Made by a program: the position numbers and the translations under genes
Assembly: GCA_025201805.1 (NCBI GenBank)
Contig: MU619267.1
Coordinates: forward strand, 191,250-254,968
Origin: Parasitella parasitica NRRL 2501
Taxonomy: Eukaryota; Fungi; Mucoromycota
DNA: 63,719 nt
Direction of reading: 5' to 3'
Notes under the pieces: generated by a model
Told to the model about the DNA's origin: nothing
The model's database searches: none
What the model saw: the letters and a program-made list of their open reading frames with translations, nothing else
Shown here: piece after piece, positions 24,740-37,626 of the stretch
Numbering within the stretch: position 1 is the stretch's first letter
Layout of the letters: every line of letters starts with the position of its first letter

Positions 24740-27434
24740 TTACAGTTTAACTTTTCCAACATCAACTTTAGCATAGTCTTCTAAAGTAAATGGAACATAT
24801 GTATCACCATTGAGCCAGTAAACAGGATCAGTTTCAGGGATTTTACTGAGATCAATGCCTTGGTTGCGGAACTCAACCTTTTGCTGTTTGAATGTACCAG
24901 TTACCTCCATGGCAGGAACAAAGCGAATGAATACAGGGATAGCATATTTAGGCAATTTCTTACGCAAATATTGATATAGTCCTTTGAAGTCAAGAGTCGA
25001 ACCTTCCTTTAGTACAATCGCAGCCATACCGGCACGGCCGTCGTGGTTGGGAACTTGTGCGCCATAAACGTTGGCTTCGCCTATGCCAGGGTAAACACCC
25101 AAAGCTTGAGCTACTTCAGTTGTAGCTACATTCTCAGATTTCCACCGGAAAGTATCACCAACTCTATCACCAAAGTAAAAGTAACCTTCAGAGCTCAGTT
25201 TTAGCAAATCACCACTACGGAAATAACTATGAAGAAGCGGTTAGCTTTTTTGGTAATTCATATCGTGCAAAAGATAAAAGACTTACTTGTCCCCCTTCGC
25301 AAAAACGTTAGATAAGATCTTCTTTTTAGTAGCGCCTGCATTCTTGTAATATCCATCAAATGATATGGGTCCATCGGCGTCAATGCGTACAATTAATTCA
25401 CCTTGCTCACCAAATGCAGACTTCAGGATTTATGCAATACATATTAGCTTTCAAATTGGTCTCTTTTTTTTNNNNNNNNNNTTTCAGTACAAGAACATTT
25501 CTTACTTTGATGCAATTTCCGTTTCTATCTCTAAGAGGTTCTTCAGTGATAGGGTCAATTTTTATTAATTGAACTTCACTACGAAGTAAACGGAAGAGTT
25601 TACCACGGAACCCGACAGCACCTGCGCCCATCTCACCGGTATTGACATTAAATAAACTAGTTGGGGCTATGCATATAAATCTTAAGAAAAGGCCTCTTAC
25701 TAGCAACCACGAGTATTTCTTACCTTCTGTAGCAGCATAAAACTCGCAGATTTTAGGAATGTTGAATCTATCTCTGAACTTTTCCCAGACATCAGGCCTC
25801 ATGCCATTACCATAAACCAATTTAACGTTATGATTTCTTTCTTGCGGATGATGAGGTTGACTTAGTAAGTATCTACAGAATTCACCAATATACTAATATA
25901 TTTCAGTCTTTGTATTTTCATGAAAAAAAAATAGATACTATACAGTGAAGACATCAACTTTGTAATCAACACAATCATTCCAGAAACGACTTGCAGAAAA
26001 TTTACGACCCAAAACAATGGTACCACCTGCGTACAGACATACAGACGACGCTACAATTACTAGCAAATGATATCAGCCATATGTATTATCATCTTTTTTC
26101 TTTCTTTTGATATTCTTACGTCCAGAACTATGGTACAATGGTAATACACAATAGACTCTTTGGTCTTTTTGAACACCTGTTGTATTTGAATACATCACCA
26201 TGGCAACTGAACAAAAAATTCAGGGGTAAGATTTTAGTTGCTATGGAGGACTGAATTACTTACAATTGACACGAGCATGTTGAGTTATAGCAGCCTGTAC
26301 AAATGTAATGAGTTATTTGAACTGATTTGTACAAAAAAAAAGTATGTTGATTATACCTTTGGCATGCCAGTAGTGCCGCTGTAGAGTTCAATTGCATGGT
26401 GAGTTATTTTTAAATTAAACACAAATCTTGTGGCCTTCTTACCTGGTATATATTAAATAAGCTGGATCATTAGCCGGAGCGCCTTTGATATGCTCGTCAC
26501 TAGTATCCTTATCAGAAAAACGGCCCAAGATGCTTGGATTAAGAGTCAGCGCGTTTGCCAAAGGAGTCAATTCAGCTTCTTGAGTATGTTCACCGTATGC
26601 AACTAGCCTGACATTGAGTTCCTTGGTAGCTTCAGCAATAGTGTTCACTTGTGATTCATAAATAGAGTCGAATATGAAGAGCTTTGTATTTGCAATTTTA
26701 ATACAATGCAAAAGAGAGTCATCAGACAAGTTGGTGTTAATCAATGAAGGAACCGCACCGATTTTACTGATGGCAAACAAAGTAATAAAGAAAGTAGGGT
26801 GGTTTTGATGCATCATGCAAACGATATCTGGCGTACGAATCACATGAGCACATGAAAATTTACCCCTGGATAAATTAATGCTTACCGTTTCTCTTGATAT
26901 TTTGAGCAAGTAACCAATAAGCCTTATAAAGTATGTGTCAATGCATATGTTCAATTTTTGTATGCAGTTAATCTTACCAATCTGTTTGATGCTAAATTAG
27001 GCAGGATTAATATGAATAATATTATATTCTACGCTTTTGGTGTAACTTACCTTTTTCAATCTGACGAAATGTGTATTCTCTTCCTTCAAATAGAAGGAAA
27101 ATTTTATTGGGATTAGCCTTTGCCTTCTCTTTGAATCGGTAGTAAAAGTGAAGTTTATCTTGAAATTCCCAAGTCTTGTGCCTGAATTATGTTTTTAGAG
27201 ACAAAAACTTGATGTTGATTGACTTTTTTTTTAGAAGACTTACGAAATTGTAGCAACTGCTCCTGCCCTTAATTGATGAAGATCTTTGCCGAGCAGTAAT
27301 TTGGCATCAAGATACATGCTGCCTAGCAAACCACTTATACCTGCTGCAACTACTGGAAGAATATCTATGTGTGTACAATTTTTTCAGCCAAGATATTTTC
27401 TTTTTTAGTATATCTTTACTTTACCGAGACTCAT
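24740..27434 (-). CDS. FAT1: Very-long-chain acyl-CoA synthetase / fatty acid transport protein; many exons; spans an N-gap
   Basis: YLIYT(SGTTG)MPK AMP-binding motif, LPLYHSSG, YGNGMRPDVW, EFYAATE, FATP signature DRVGDTFRWKSENV and a PTS1-like VKL end. Confidence 0.92.
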
Positions 27435-27728
27435 TATTATTGCCGTGATGATGAGAAATTAGCGTAAAGGAGAAAAAGCGAGTAATGGGACATTTTTTGC
27501 ATTTAAATATTTAATTTTTCACATACACACGAGCACACATTATAATATGACCAGCTTCAAAAGTCCAAAATTAGCATTGAATGTTCCCAGCTTAATTTGA
27601 TTTTTAGTAAGCTTATGAAAATGCAAAAGTAGAATAAAAATTATTTTGTAATGAATTATGTTGCTCTTATGCAGTGTTATGTTGGCCGAAATTTGAATTT
27701 CCTAATTAGAAATGTTACGTCGCTTTAT

Positions 27729-29409
27729 TTATTGGCATGAAACAACAGAAGCAGCAGCAAATTGATTTTTATGATAATTTTCGTTAATCCATTCAGTCAT
27801 CTTTTTCAAGAGCAGTAAATGAGTTACTTTTGCTGTCGATCTTACTGTGGTTGTCGTTGTGGTGGCTGTAGTAGGATATAATGATTTGGATTCATATTCC
27901 TTTTCAATGACAGATTCAGAACTAATATCATCATCCTTCAAAGAGAGTTTAGACAGATCGCTAGTGATCAAATCGCGAATCAGATCATCTGTTGATTTCT
28001 CTTTTTCTTTCTCTTTCTCTTTCTCTATTTCTTCTGCTTTCTCGGGAGAGGCAGCAGGCTTGAAATTATTATCAGTCATTGCACTAGAGAATGTATTAAT
28101 AAGCGTAGCCATGTTCTTCTTGTCTTCATGCGTAATTGGTTTTGAAGGCTTGAAAGACTCAGTTTCTTTTTTCTCAGTTTCTGCATTTTCCGGAAGGTTC
28201 GCTTTGGTGAAATTTGTTGTTGTACGAAGCTCAGGCTGGAAATATTGATTGGCCATATTTGGGATTGTCGTGTAATGCTGTCTTTGGCCTGTAACTCCCA
28301 CGTTATGTTGTTGATATGGTTGATATAGGTTGGTAGACAAAGGTAAACCAAGATAGCTCTCTATGTTCTGGCTTGGTACGACAGGCTGCGGCATTGGTTG
28401 AGATCGAACATACATGTCATTTTCTTCACATGGAACAGGGTACATGTTGTTGCTATTATGAGATGGTACAACGGTTGGATACTGTTGCTGTTGCATATCG
28501 AAATTGGAAATCTGGTTATATGCAAACGATGTTGCAGGGTCCATTACAGGTTCCTGTGGTAATTGCCCCGTAGTAATGCTATCAGAAAGACGGGCCAGCC
28601 ATTCATTCATGTCATTCAGTTGCTGCTCGTTGCTAATACTCAAGTTGAAGTTTGATTGGTTGATGGTTCCTGCGTCCATAAAATTTTGAATCTGGTCAAG
28701 GCTATGGGCAATGGAAGAGTTATACTCGATTGGCTTTGAGTCCATATCCATAGGAAAGAACAAATCATTAATGATGTCTGCAGGTGGTTGTGTAACAGAA
28801 GTAGGTTGTGGAACTTGATTGTTGTAATGCTGTTGATGTGTGGATGATAAATCAGACATTGCAGTAGAAGGAGAGACCCCAGCATACATCCAATTATCGT
28901 CCGAGTAAGTGCTTGTCGGAGGAGAAATGGGATGATCGTTGGATAGTACAGGCGATACATCTCGGCTTGAGTGATGGGTGGAGCTTGGTGGCGTTAATGG
29001 CTGCTGATTTCTGTGATGACAACGCAAACTTGAAATGTGCTGCTCACTGTGGATCTTTTCATGCTTCTTTAAATCTTGTGGACGCTTGAATGATTTGCTA
29101 CAAAACTATTCGCTGCATTAGTATGTAATAACATGCATATACAGAAAAAAATTGATTATTCCATACTTGGCATCGATGTGGTTTTAAGGGTACATGAACT
29201 CGGAGATGACTAGTGATGTGATCTCTTTTGATCACAGTTACATCACATTTCTCCCAATGACAAGTAAGGCAGAGATTTCCAGTCGATTTTCTACCAACAT
29301 GGTCATTTGTTAAATGAATATAAAGATGCTCAGGATCATCAAATGAGATTGCACAGCCAATCCAACGGCAAAAGTAAATTTCTGTGTCCATTTCTAGAGA
29401 ATTTTGCAT
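27729..29409 (-). CDS. pacC: PacC/Rim101 pH-response C2H2 transcription factor; 2 exons
   Basis: Three fingers: CRWIGC...[44 protein letters not shown] and [20 protein letters not shown] sites at 29542 and 29622 in its own promoter. Confidence 0.95.
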
Positions 29410-29736
29410 AAATAGAACAAAAATTGAGGAAAGAAGAAAGCCCAACAAAAAGGAAAAGATTAAATAAACAGAGAAAAAAAGGAGACACCAAAAGGAAGGG
29501 GTTCTTGAGATGGAAAAAAAAAAAGGGCGTATGATTAATATCTTGGCAAAACTTGAAAGTGTACAAATAAGAGACCACATTTCTCTTCTTTGCATTGAAA
29601 CGCAGCCATTTGAACTTGGTTGCCAAGCAACTGATGAAATGGGTCTAAACGCAAATACCAGAAAGAAGTACAAAAATTATATTTGTATTGATATTCATTT
29701 AGAATAAAAACCTTGCCGAGTCCATTCAATAAACAA

Positions 29737-31423
29737 CTAAAAAAGTTAGCATCGCTAGTTATCAACCCAACTCTTCTTTTAAAGAAGGCAGACGAAAGAG
29801 TGTGGAATTGACTGATTTTAATGAGTGAGAATTGTGGTAAATAAAAAATACGCGAGTCCAAAGAGACTATTGCCAATGATGATAATGAATCCCGTGATTT
29901 GTCGCCGTTCCATTCTTTACAGGTATACAAACAGGATTAAGACAGAGCAACGAGCCTTTAAACTGATCGGTGTTGCTGTTGTCTTGGATGTACTAACCTT
30001 GTATTAACCAAAGATACAAGTTTTTGATGTTTTGCGTTCGTTGGTGATACAAATATTAATACTTCCAACCACCTCCCACCGCATCTTCTAAATTCTTTTA
30101 TCGAAGATCCAACGCCGGTCCCTCTGTCACCCTCAAACTGAATCAGCTGCTTGTTATCTATTAAACTTTCGTAGGATTACTGAGTTACTTTGATAAGTTT
30201 CGCATGCACGGCATATAGTTCTTGGATACTTGGGCACTTGTCAAGTGATGTAATTGACCTCACTTGACAGGACATTGTCAGCCAGCATTGCTTTTTTCCG
30301 CTTCTTTTATTTCCTCTTCCATTGTAGTTCTTACCTTTTTATATCCGCAACCGAAATCAATATCAGTAAATTTTATAACATACTTTTTAGATAAGTCCAA
30401 AAAGTCATATTGTTTCTTGCTGATTTCAATATTTTCATTTTGTAGGACGTGATGCTTGTTATAAAGCTCTATGTGAAATGCAAACCTTTCCTTTAAGAAA
30501 GGTACAGTCGTAGACATATTCGCGAGACCATTGTCTGTACCGGAAAACTCGAAAAGGGATAGATCTTCAATGCTACATTTTAATGTCTTGAGTATACCAA
30601 ACGTGTTAACTGGTAAAGTGGACGAGGTGCTTGTCCTATGGTAGACGGTATCGTTGTCTTTAAGAGTTTATTCTAAATCATAATCATCCACCTTTTCAGG
30701 TGCTAAATGCAATCGTAATGAATAAATTAACTGCAGAAGTTGATCCGTAAACGACAAGTTTATATCTTTTTTATAAGCCGCTTTTACATTAGCAGAGAGA
30801 AGTGTTGCAGAAAATGATGGCTTCAACTTATTCTCTTTGACATTAATATCTGGATTATATCAAATGTAGTTCCTTCTTGCATGTTCAGTGGGCCGTTCTC
30901 AATGAAGAATGCGTTATTCTTGAATGTGATAATCAACATTTGCAAAATAGTTAAGAATTGGCCTGGAAATCACTAGAATCAATGATTGCCTGCTTTAGTT
31001 TGCTATTGACAACCTTTTTAATATTTGTTGAAAGATCCTTTCTCCAAATCTTATTGATAGAGACTGAGCAAGTAAGATGGACTAGTTGATTTTAGTAAGC
31101 ATCGGATATTAACGGTACAGGAACGTCTGCTTGTTCAGACGTAGCATTTCTTGCTAGCTTGGTTTCTTTCTGTATAGTTCCAGGCGGTCAACGTTTTTTT
31201 TTTCAGTGAATCTTGTTTAAATTTTTTCAATTCGACTTTCATAGCCGTACTGCTACATGTATCAATCTTGCTTTTGATGAATGAACGAACAGTGATACTT
31301 ATAGATTGGTTGAAGGAAGGCAAATACTTAGATTCATGATTACTACTAGGCCTTTTATGTATTTTTTTCCTGAGCGTTTTCAAGTTCTAGCGGAAGGATT
31401 AAATCGCCAACATAGCTGGGCAT
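29737..31423 (-). pseudogene. Degenerate Fanzor1 (TnpB-like RuvC RNA-guided endonuclease) gene of a decayed DNA transposon
   Basis: Ordered motifs across frameshifts and stops: CSVSINKIWRKDL, FSGTDNGLANMSTTVP (RuvC-I D at 30533-35), GDRGTGVGSSIKEFRRCGGRW (30131-30069), CITNERKTSKTC (RuvC-II E at 30037-39), KGSLLCLNPVC (Zn ribbon), SRDSLSSLAI (RuvC-III D at 29889-91). TATAAAAG at ~31460 and ATG at 31423. Confidence 0.85.
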
Positions 31424-31499
31424 TTTTGCTCTCGTTTACGATTACACATTGCATACTTTTATATTTCAAAGATAAAAAGTACACTTCATCATTTTAGTA

Positions 31500-34300
31500 T
31501 AAATGAATAGCTTACTTCTTAAAAAATGCTTTAAAGGTTGTTCTTTGTTCTTTGTATACTAAGAAAACCTAGGAAAAACGGGAAAAAAAAATGTATAATA
31601 TCAACTTTACATATTATTAAATATAATTTCTGTCCATTAATATATTTGGTGAGAAGCCGAGATTAAAGAGTAAAATTTAGGACTATACCGTAGCTATATG
31701 ATTGAAATCAATTATCATTTAAATTATTTTTCCCTGCTGAATATCTGAGGGTAACAGGGAATGGTCTTAGTCATAAGTATTCACGCAATCATAAATGTCA
31801 AAATGAAACCAATCGATATAAGATAGTGTTTAAATTATGTATCTTATCAGCTCTTTATAATTAAACATTACAATCGGTTATGAAGTTCAATACTTTTATC
31901 ATGCTGATTTTTGCACATGTTTTTATTTACATTTTCTTTATTGTTTCCGAAAAAAAAGTTCAAGTAGATGATAAATGTCACGGTGTTTGTGATAATATAT
32001 ATGAGTTTCTGGTAACAAACCTTTTATTTCTGGTAAAAGCTGAGAAGTTTCTGAGAGAAGCGAAATGTCTCCCTAAAAATACTTTAAATAGGAACTAAAA
32101 GTATTAAATACACTCACATTTTTTAGATATTAGAAATGCCCAAGAATAGAGAACATTTATTTTATCTTTGATCAAACAGCCATTTTCCAGGAGCAATAGA
32201 CTATTTGGGTTTTTTATTATTCTATTTTTCAATGCAGTGAGATTTTTTATCAACACTATCGACATGTACATCAGAATCTGGAACTGAACAATCATCATCG
32301 GGCCACAATACAAAATTGCTTGAATTCCATAATGTTTAAATGTTGATAAATTATTTCAGATATATCCGTTAGAAATTAGACATACGAATATGCTCAAATA
32401 TTCAGTCATGCCTATAGAACTGCTTACGTATTTAAACTAAAAAATGGTTTGATTACAAAACCGTCAAAGTATCAAACTTCATTTACACCATGGCTTTTGA
32501 ATCTAAATTTAAACCAACTATTTCATTCTGTTTTCTCCTTTAATTATATGCCTTTTCAAAAATCATAGCATATTCAAGCAAATGACAATCTCTATATTTA
32601 AAACTTTACATTATCATTTTATGTTACATCTGATGAGTAAGTCAGCATATCCAATATCAAAAAAAGAATATACAATCTGGATTCGTTAAAACAGACGGGT
32701 TGGTGTACAAAACTGTGTTCGATATAGCGAGTTATCCCCTATATTAAGAATTTGATACTCTATAGTACAGTGCCTGGAACCTTGAATCTACCAGAAGCTT
32801 ATTATGAAGCTTAGCTTTTGTTAGTAAAATTACTCTCAACCTCAATCCTAACCTCTATTCTAATTTCTATTTTACATGCTTAGCATTAGAATCACAAAAG
32901 AAGGAAATCTTGAGCTGACGTTAAGTATTATTATAAACAACAATGGTAATAGGGCTTCTCTGTCACTAGCAATTAGCAACTTGTGAATTATTCACAAATA
33001 ACAAGGGGTCATTACAGCAAAACATTGTATTCATTAATTATTCTCTTCTACTTCCAACTCAATGAGCCACACCTTTTTTATCATATTACTTTAAAGAAAA
33101 AGGTATACTTGTGGCATTAAAATTACTCACTTTATAGAGTTGTATTATGTACTAGAATTGAAATTGACGTGATATCGTCTCCAGATAGATATTTCTTACA
33201 GCTTAGAAGCAAACACTTGAGCTTCCTGTGCCATTTTTTGATTAATTTTGATACTCAAAAGTGCCCTGAAAACACTGGAAATAGTATCCGTTGGGGAAAA
33301 GCTATATTATATATGAATTTGGTGCAATTTCAGCATGATTTTTTTTTCGATGCAAAATGACGGATTTTTTTTAATTTTTTCCTTGTATCCACCCATTCAA
33401 AATCATTGATTATGCATTATTCTCAATTTTCGACCCAAAAATGCAACTTTTTACTATGGGATATATTGGAGGAAAATGATGGCAAAAGACCATTCCATGA
33501 TCTGAAAGACTGGAAATGCGCTTTGATTAAGCAAAATATTGATTTTTCCCTGTTAATTTGTTTTGACGTTTTTTTTGTAGAACTCTTTCCATAAGCATAC
33601 GGGAATTGTGAAAGTATATCACCGTGTAGAGCGCCTAAAAATACAGCTATTATCATAAACTGACAGCCGTGATATGCATAGTATCAGAGGATGATATCTT
33701 GCCTAAAAGGAGTAATTTTGTTTTTAAATGTCCAAATGGAATTTTTGAAAGAAGTTTTCCTTCCTGGTTTTGGACACGTTTAATCTCCGCTATAAAAGAA
33801 AAATAGTGTTTTTTTTGACGAAAGCATTAGCTTTGAGAAGCCATGGTTTACCCAATTCAAGAAAAAACAATTGCAACCTAAATTAATTAAATAATGTGCT
33901 TCTTGGCTTTCTAGAGGTAGTACTCAAATGTTTGTTCCTTGCCTGACGATCTCACGCTCCAATTTTGAAAAATACTTTTTCGAAAAAAGTTAGAAAAGTC
34001 GCCACCTTCATCTGATGTCAACTTCAAAAGTACAAAAACTTGCTCTAAGATGTGCAAATATGTAATCAAAAGATGCCTTATAGTTTAATTCATTAATTTT
34101 TATTACTTTGCATTCCTTTTTTTTGTGTTTGAAATCGCTAAACCTTGTTTTCTTACAGTTTTTGTCTTTTTTTCTGACAATAATACACTGAAGTTCGTGT
34201 AGGCCCCTAGAATCTACGCTGGCTTTACAAAGACACATACTTTTGACCCACTCCAATATTATATTTTTCAGAAAAAATGGTAAAGATTTGACTAGCTGTT
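31500..34300. repeat. AT-rich region without recognisable genes; probable nested non-autonomous transposon debris
   Basis: No plausible protein, composition similar to the flanking repeat zones, and adjacent to the Fanzor relic. Individual element boundaries are not resolved. Confidence 0.4.
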
Positions 34301-34487
34301 GTACTACACAACTGGATGTAGAGAACCCAGCTTGGTACTTATCTGATAAGACCCTCTATACTAAAAGACGCCAGATCAACTGAATGTATAAGAAAATGCC
34401 ACCGGGTTAATACACCCATGCATGAAAAATTATCTGTATAAAGATTTATGAAATCTGAAGGACATAAATGTGTTTATTAAATGTAAC

Positions 34488-36101
34488 CTAAAGCATGTAA
34501 ATCATACAAATGCTAATCACAGCAGTACCAAAAATGCTGAATGATTTAAGTGCTCCTACAGCCGCATTCCCAGAAGCATTGTTGCTAGAGCTATTCTCAG
34601 AACTAGTATATTTAGTGTTGCCTGTAGCACCTGAAATGAATGAATCTGATCCAATAGCACTTGCGATACCAATTCTGTTTTGATCTACATCATACACTTG
34701 GTATAGACTTTGTAGGATGGTTTTACCTAAAAATATCTGCCCTGCTGTGGGCACAATACCAATCATACAAACGCTTGCAGTAGACATGAAATCACTATCC
34801 ATGGGATAGATAACATCGGCAATTGCAATATTTAATACAACCGGTGTATCAGTAACATTAGCCGAAGGTGACAACATGAATTGAAGAGAGATGTTTTTTT
34901 GAGCCATGGAACATCGAATCTGAAAGGATGAGAAAATTAATATTATGGATATATTTTCACTTGGCATTATTGCCAAATATGTAGAGCACGAACCTGAAAG
35001 TAACCATTGGCTGAGTCATATGCCAGGTTTGTACTTCCAATGGCCGCAGCGAAAAGAGGTTCAATAACATCGATAGGCAGATAGGTCAGAGTAGTGCCTG
35101 TGTCAAATATGATTTCAGTAGTTGCGTTGAATGGTGCATTGAGAGCTGTTTTTCCGTCGACAGTTGCTCCTACTCCTTGTCCGAACACTTGCCAATAGCC
35201 ATAATCAGATTTACCACCAAGCGATACTCTTGTTGTCTTTGCTAGTGGTAAATAAACGATATCTCCTTGGTATTTTGTTGAGTCAGTGCCACCAAATATG
35301 ATTTCACCCACAACATCCGCAGATTCTGATTTATTAAGAAAGATGGAGAATACATTCTGGGAAATCTTGTTCTGTTCTTTCAAATTGAAAAAAAATGGGT
35401 TATAGCTTTTGCTGGGAGATGTAATAAATGGATACCCTAAGCCAAAGATGCCATCCATACGGTGGTCTGAGCTGTATGTAGAGCTGTTGTCTGCGCTACT
35501 GACTGTAGGCGTGTAGCTCTCTCCAGAAAGTGTACGCATGTTGGTTAGAATGTTTTTAGTGCTGTTTATCAATGCAAATTGTTGCTGTTCGATAATTGCA
35601 CCGCCAATATTCACTTTATCCATGCCGAATCCTCCCGAAGCACTTCCTATGTTGTACGTAATGTTGAAGACTTCATTCATATCTTTAAATGTATTGGAAA
35701 TGCTTTCATTGAACTTGGCTAGGGGGCACATGGTACTAGGACAGCTTATTCCAGGAACCCAAAGATCTGCACTAATAACATTATGATTTAATCCCAGTTG
35801 TTTTTTTGTTCTGTTTAGCAATATAAACAAACCTTCCCGTATCGAGTACAAGTTCAAAGTTTTGAGGTGGTGTACCAATTGCTACGTCGACCAAGTAAAT
35901 AGAGCCATCACCAATATATAAGTTTCCTTTGTAATCGGCACGTTTACGAAGAAATGTACTTGATGGACCACCATGAAGAATCTTTTTTTTGCTGATAGGC
36001 ACTCTCAATAGTTTGAATTCTTCGTCTGTACCTGCATCTGATGCAGCGGAAGCAAAACTTAATACAGAAACCAAAAACCCTACTGAATATTGTATTTTCA
36101 T
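34488..36101 (-). CDS. Secreted A1 aspartic protease with probable GPI anchor (yapsin-like); 3 exons
   Basis: Signal peptide MKIQYSVGFLVSVLSFASA, KR processing site, VLDTG(S) and IFDTGTT catalytic motifs, and a Ser/Asn-rich linker with hydrophobic tail. Confidence 0.92.
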
Positions 36102-36516
36102 ATCCAACTGGATGAATACAATGAGATGGAAGAAAAGAAGAACAATTGTGTAGCGTAATAAACCAATTCTACTGTATATACACAAGTCAGATGTGAGTAT
36201 GACAAAAGCCGATAATGTATTACAGTTATTGGTGGCACACAATTTGTTGATGATTTTTTAAATCAAGTCTATGCCATTCGATCAAATCATTTATGTGCGT
36301 TGACCTTATTTCGCCATACATTACGATAAAAAATCAAGAAATATGGTTTTGCTTTATCCAGCACAATCCATGGTTGTGATCCGCGCAAAGGATACTATAC
36401 AACCAGAGCGATTGTTCACTATGTAAGATGCCTAATGCAGCTAAACTTTACACTGCAACTATAGCAGATTTCTCGCATTTCTATTCTATTCACTGATGTC
36501 ATTGTCTGTAGGAACA

Positions 36517-36595
<79 letters not shown>

Positions 36596-37626
36596 NNNNN
36601 NNNNNAAATTGTTGACGGAAAGCGATTTGTTTTAGAGAACACCAGTAGTCTGAGACTAAAGAAATGTCTTGTTTAATCCAATTTTCCTCATTTACTTTTG
36701 CAGAATATAGACTTTCAAGCTAAAATTGCTTTAAATTTTGGGTGTGCTAATTCTTTACAAGTTGCAGCATTAGATTCAACATTAAAAATTAATTTCTGAA
36801 GCACATCAAATATTTTTAATAAATTCTTGCGACATAAAGGAAGCGATGATGGTGGTTGAATCATCAAAAGCAGCAGCAGACATTATTATACGAGAGAGAC
36901 AATACACATGAACTAAATCTTCTGTAGGTCAACTAGACACATAGACATATGTTCACTATATACTTGCTTTTAACTCTTGAGCAAGAACAGAATTCTTTTA
37001 TACCATGAGATGATTCAATGAATAGACTTTTAAACGCATGAACAGTGCTAATCAATGACTCTGGTTCCTGATAATTCAAATGCTAACTTCTAGTTTGTAA
37101 GAAGACCAGCCTTTATTCTACAAAATATAAGTATTAACTCAATAACATTATCGACAACAGAAATATTGATAGGTATTGTCACAAATGACTGTAGTTACAC
37201 GATAAGACTGTAAATAAAGACCATTTTTTCTCAGTTACCATAGTATCTTGATTAGGTTGATAGATACTCCCTAAATAGCCTTCTTGTATACTTATTTCAT
37301 TGCATGGCAAGTATATGGTGTATGTATGAGGTGTCAGCTCTTTCTACATGTACATCTAGTTTATAGATGAATCGTAGGGTTAAACTACCGAATGAATGTT
37401 ATAGGTTTATCTCTATATTTGAGATGAAAATAATGACTTATCGTTTATAACCAATCATACGAATGCATTTCTATATGTCAGAACTGGTAAACGACTCATA
37501 GGCCTTTCTATTTGACATAAAGTTTTGCATTTTAATTCATAATCCCGTCTTTTCTTCTTCTTCTTTTACAAACAAGATCCGAAATCACTCCCTACTCTCT
37601 TCTCTTCTTCTTGCAACTCAATCATA

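Noticed and set aside
29098-29673. N-terminal extension of PacC suggested by the ORF track
   Set aside because: Begins at a non-ATG codon and is Phe/Leu-rich from a pyrimidine-rich leader. ATG 29409 just before finger 1 is more plausible.
14699-36101. pacC, alkaline protease and aspartic protease as a pH gene cluster
   Set aside because: Interspersed with unrelated genes, and I saw no GCCARG enrichment upstream of either protease.
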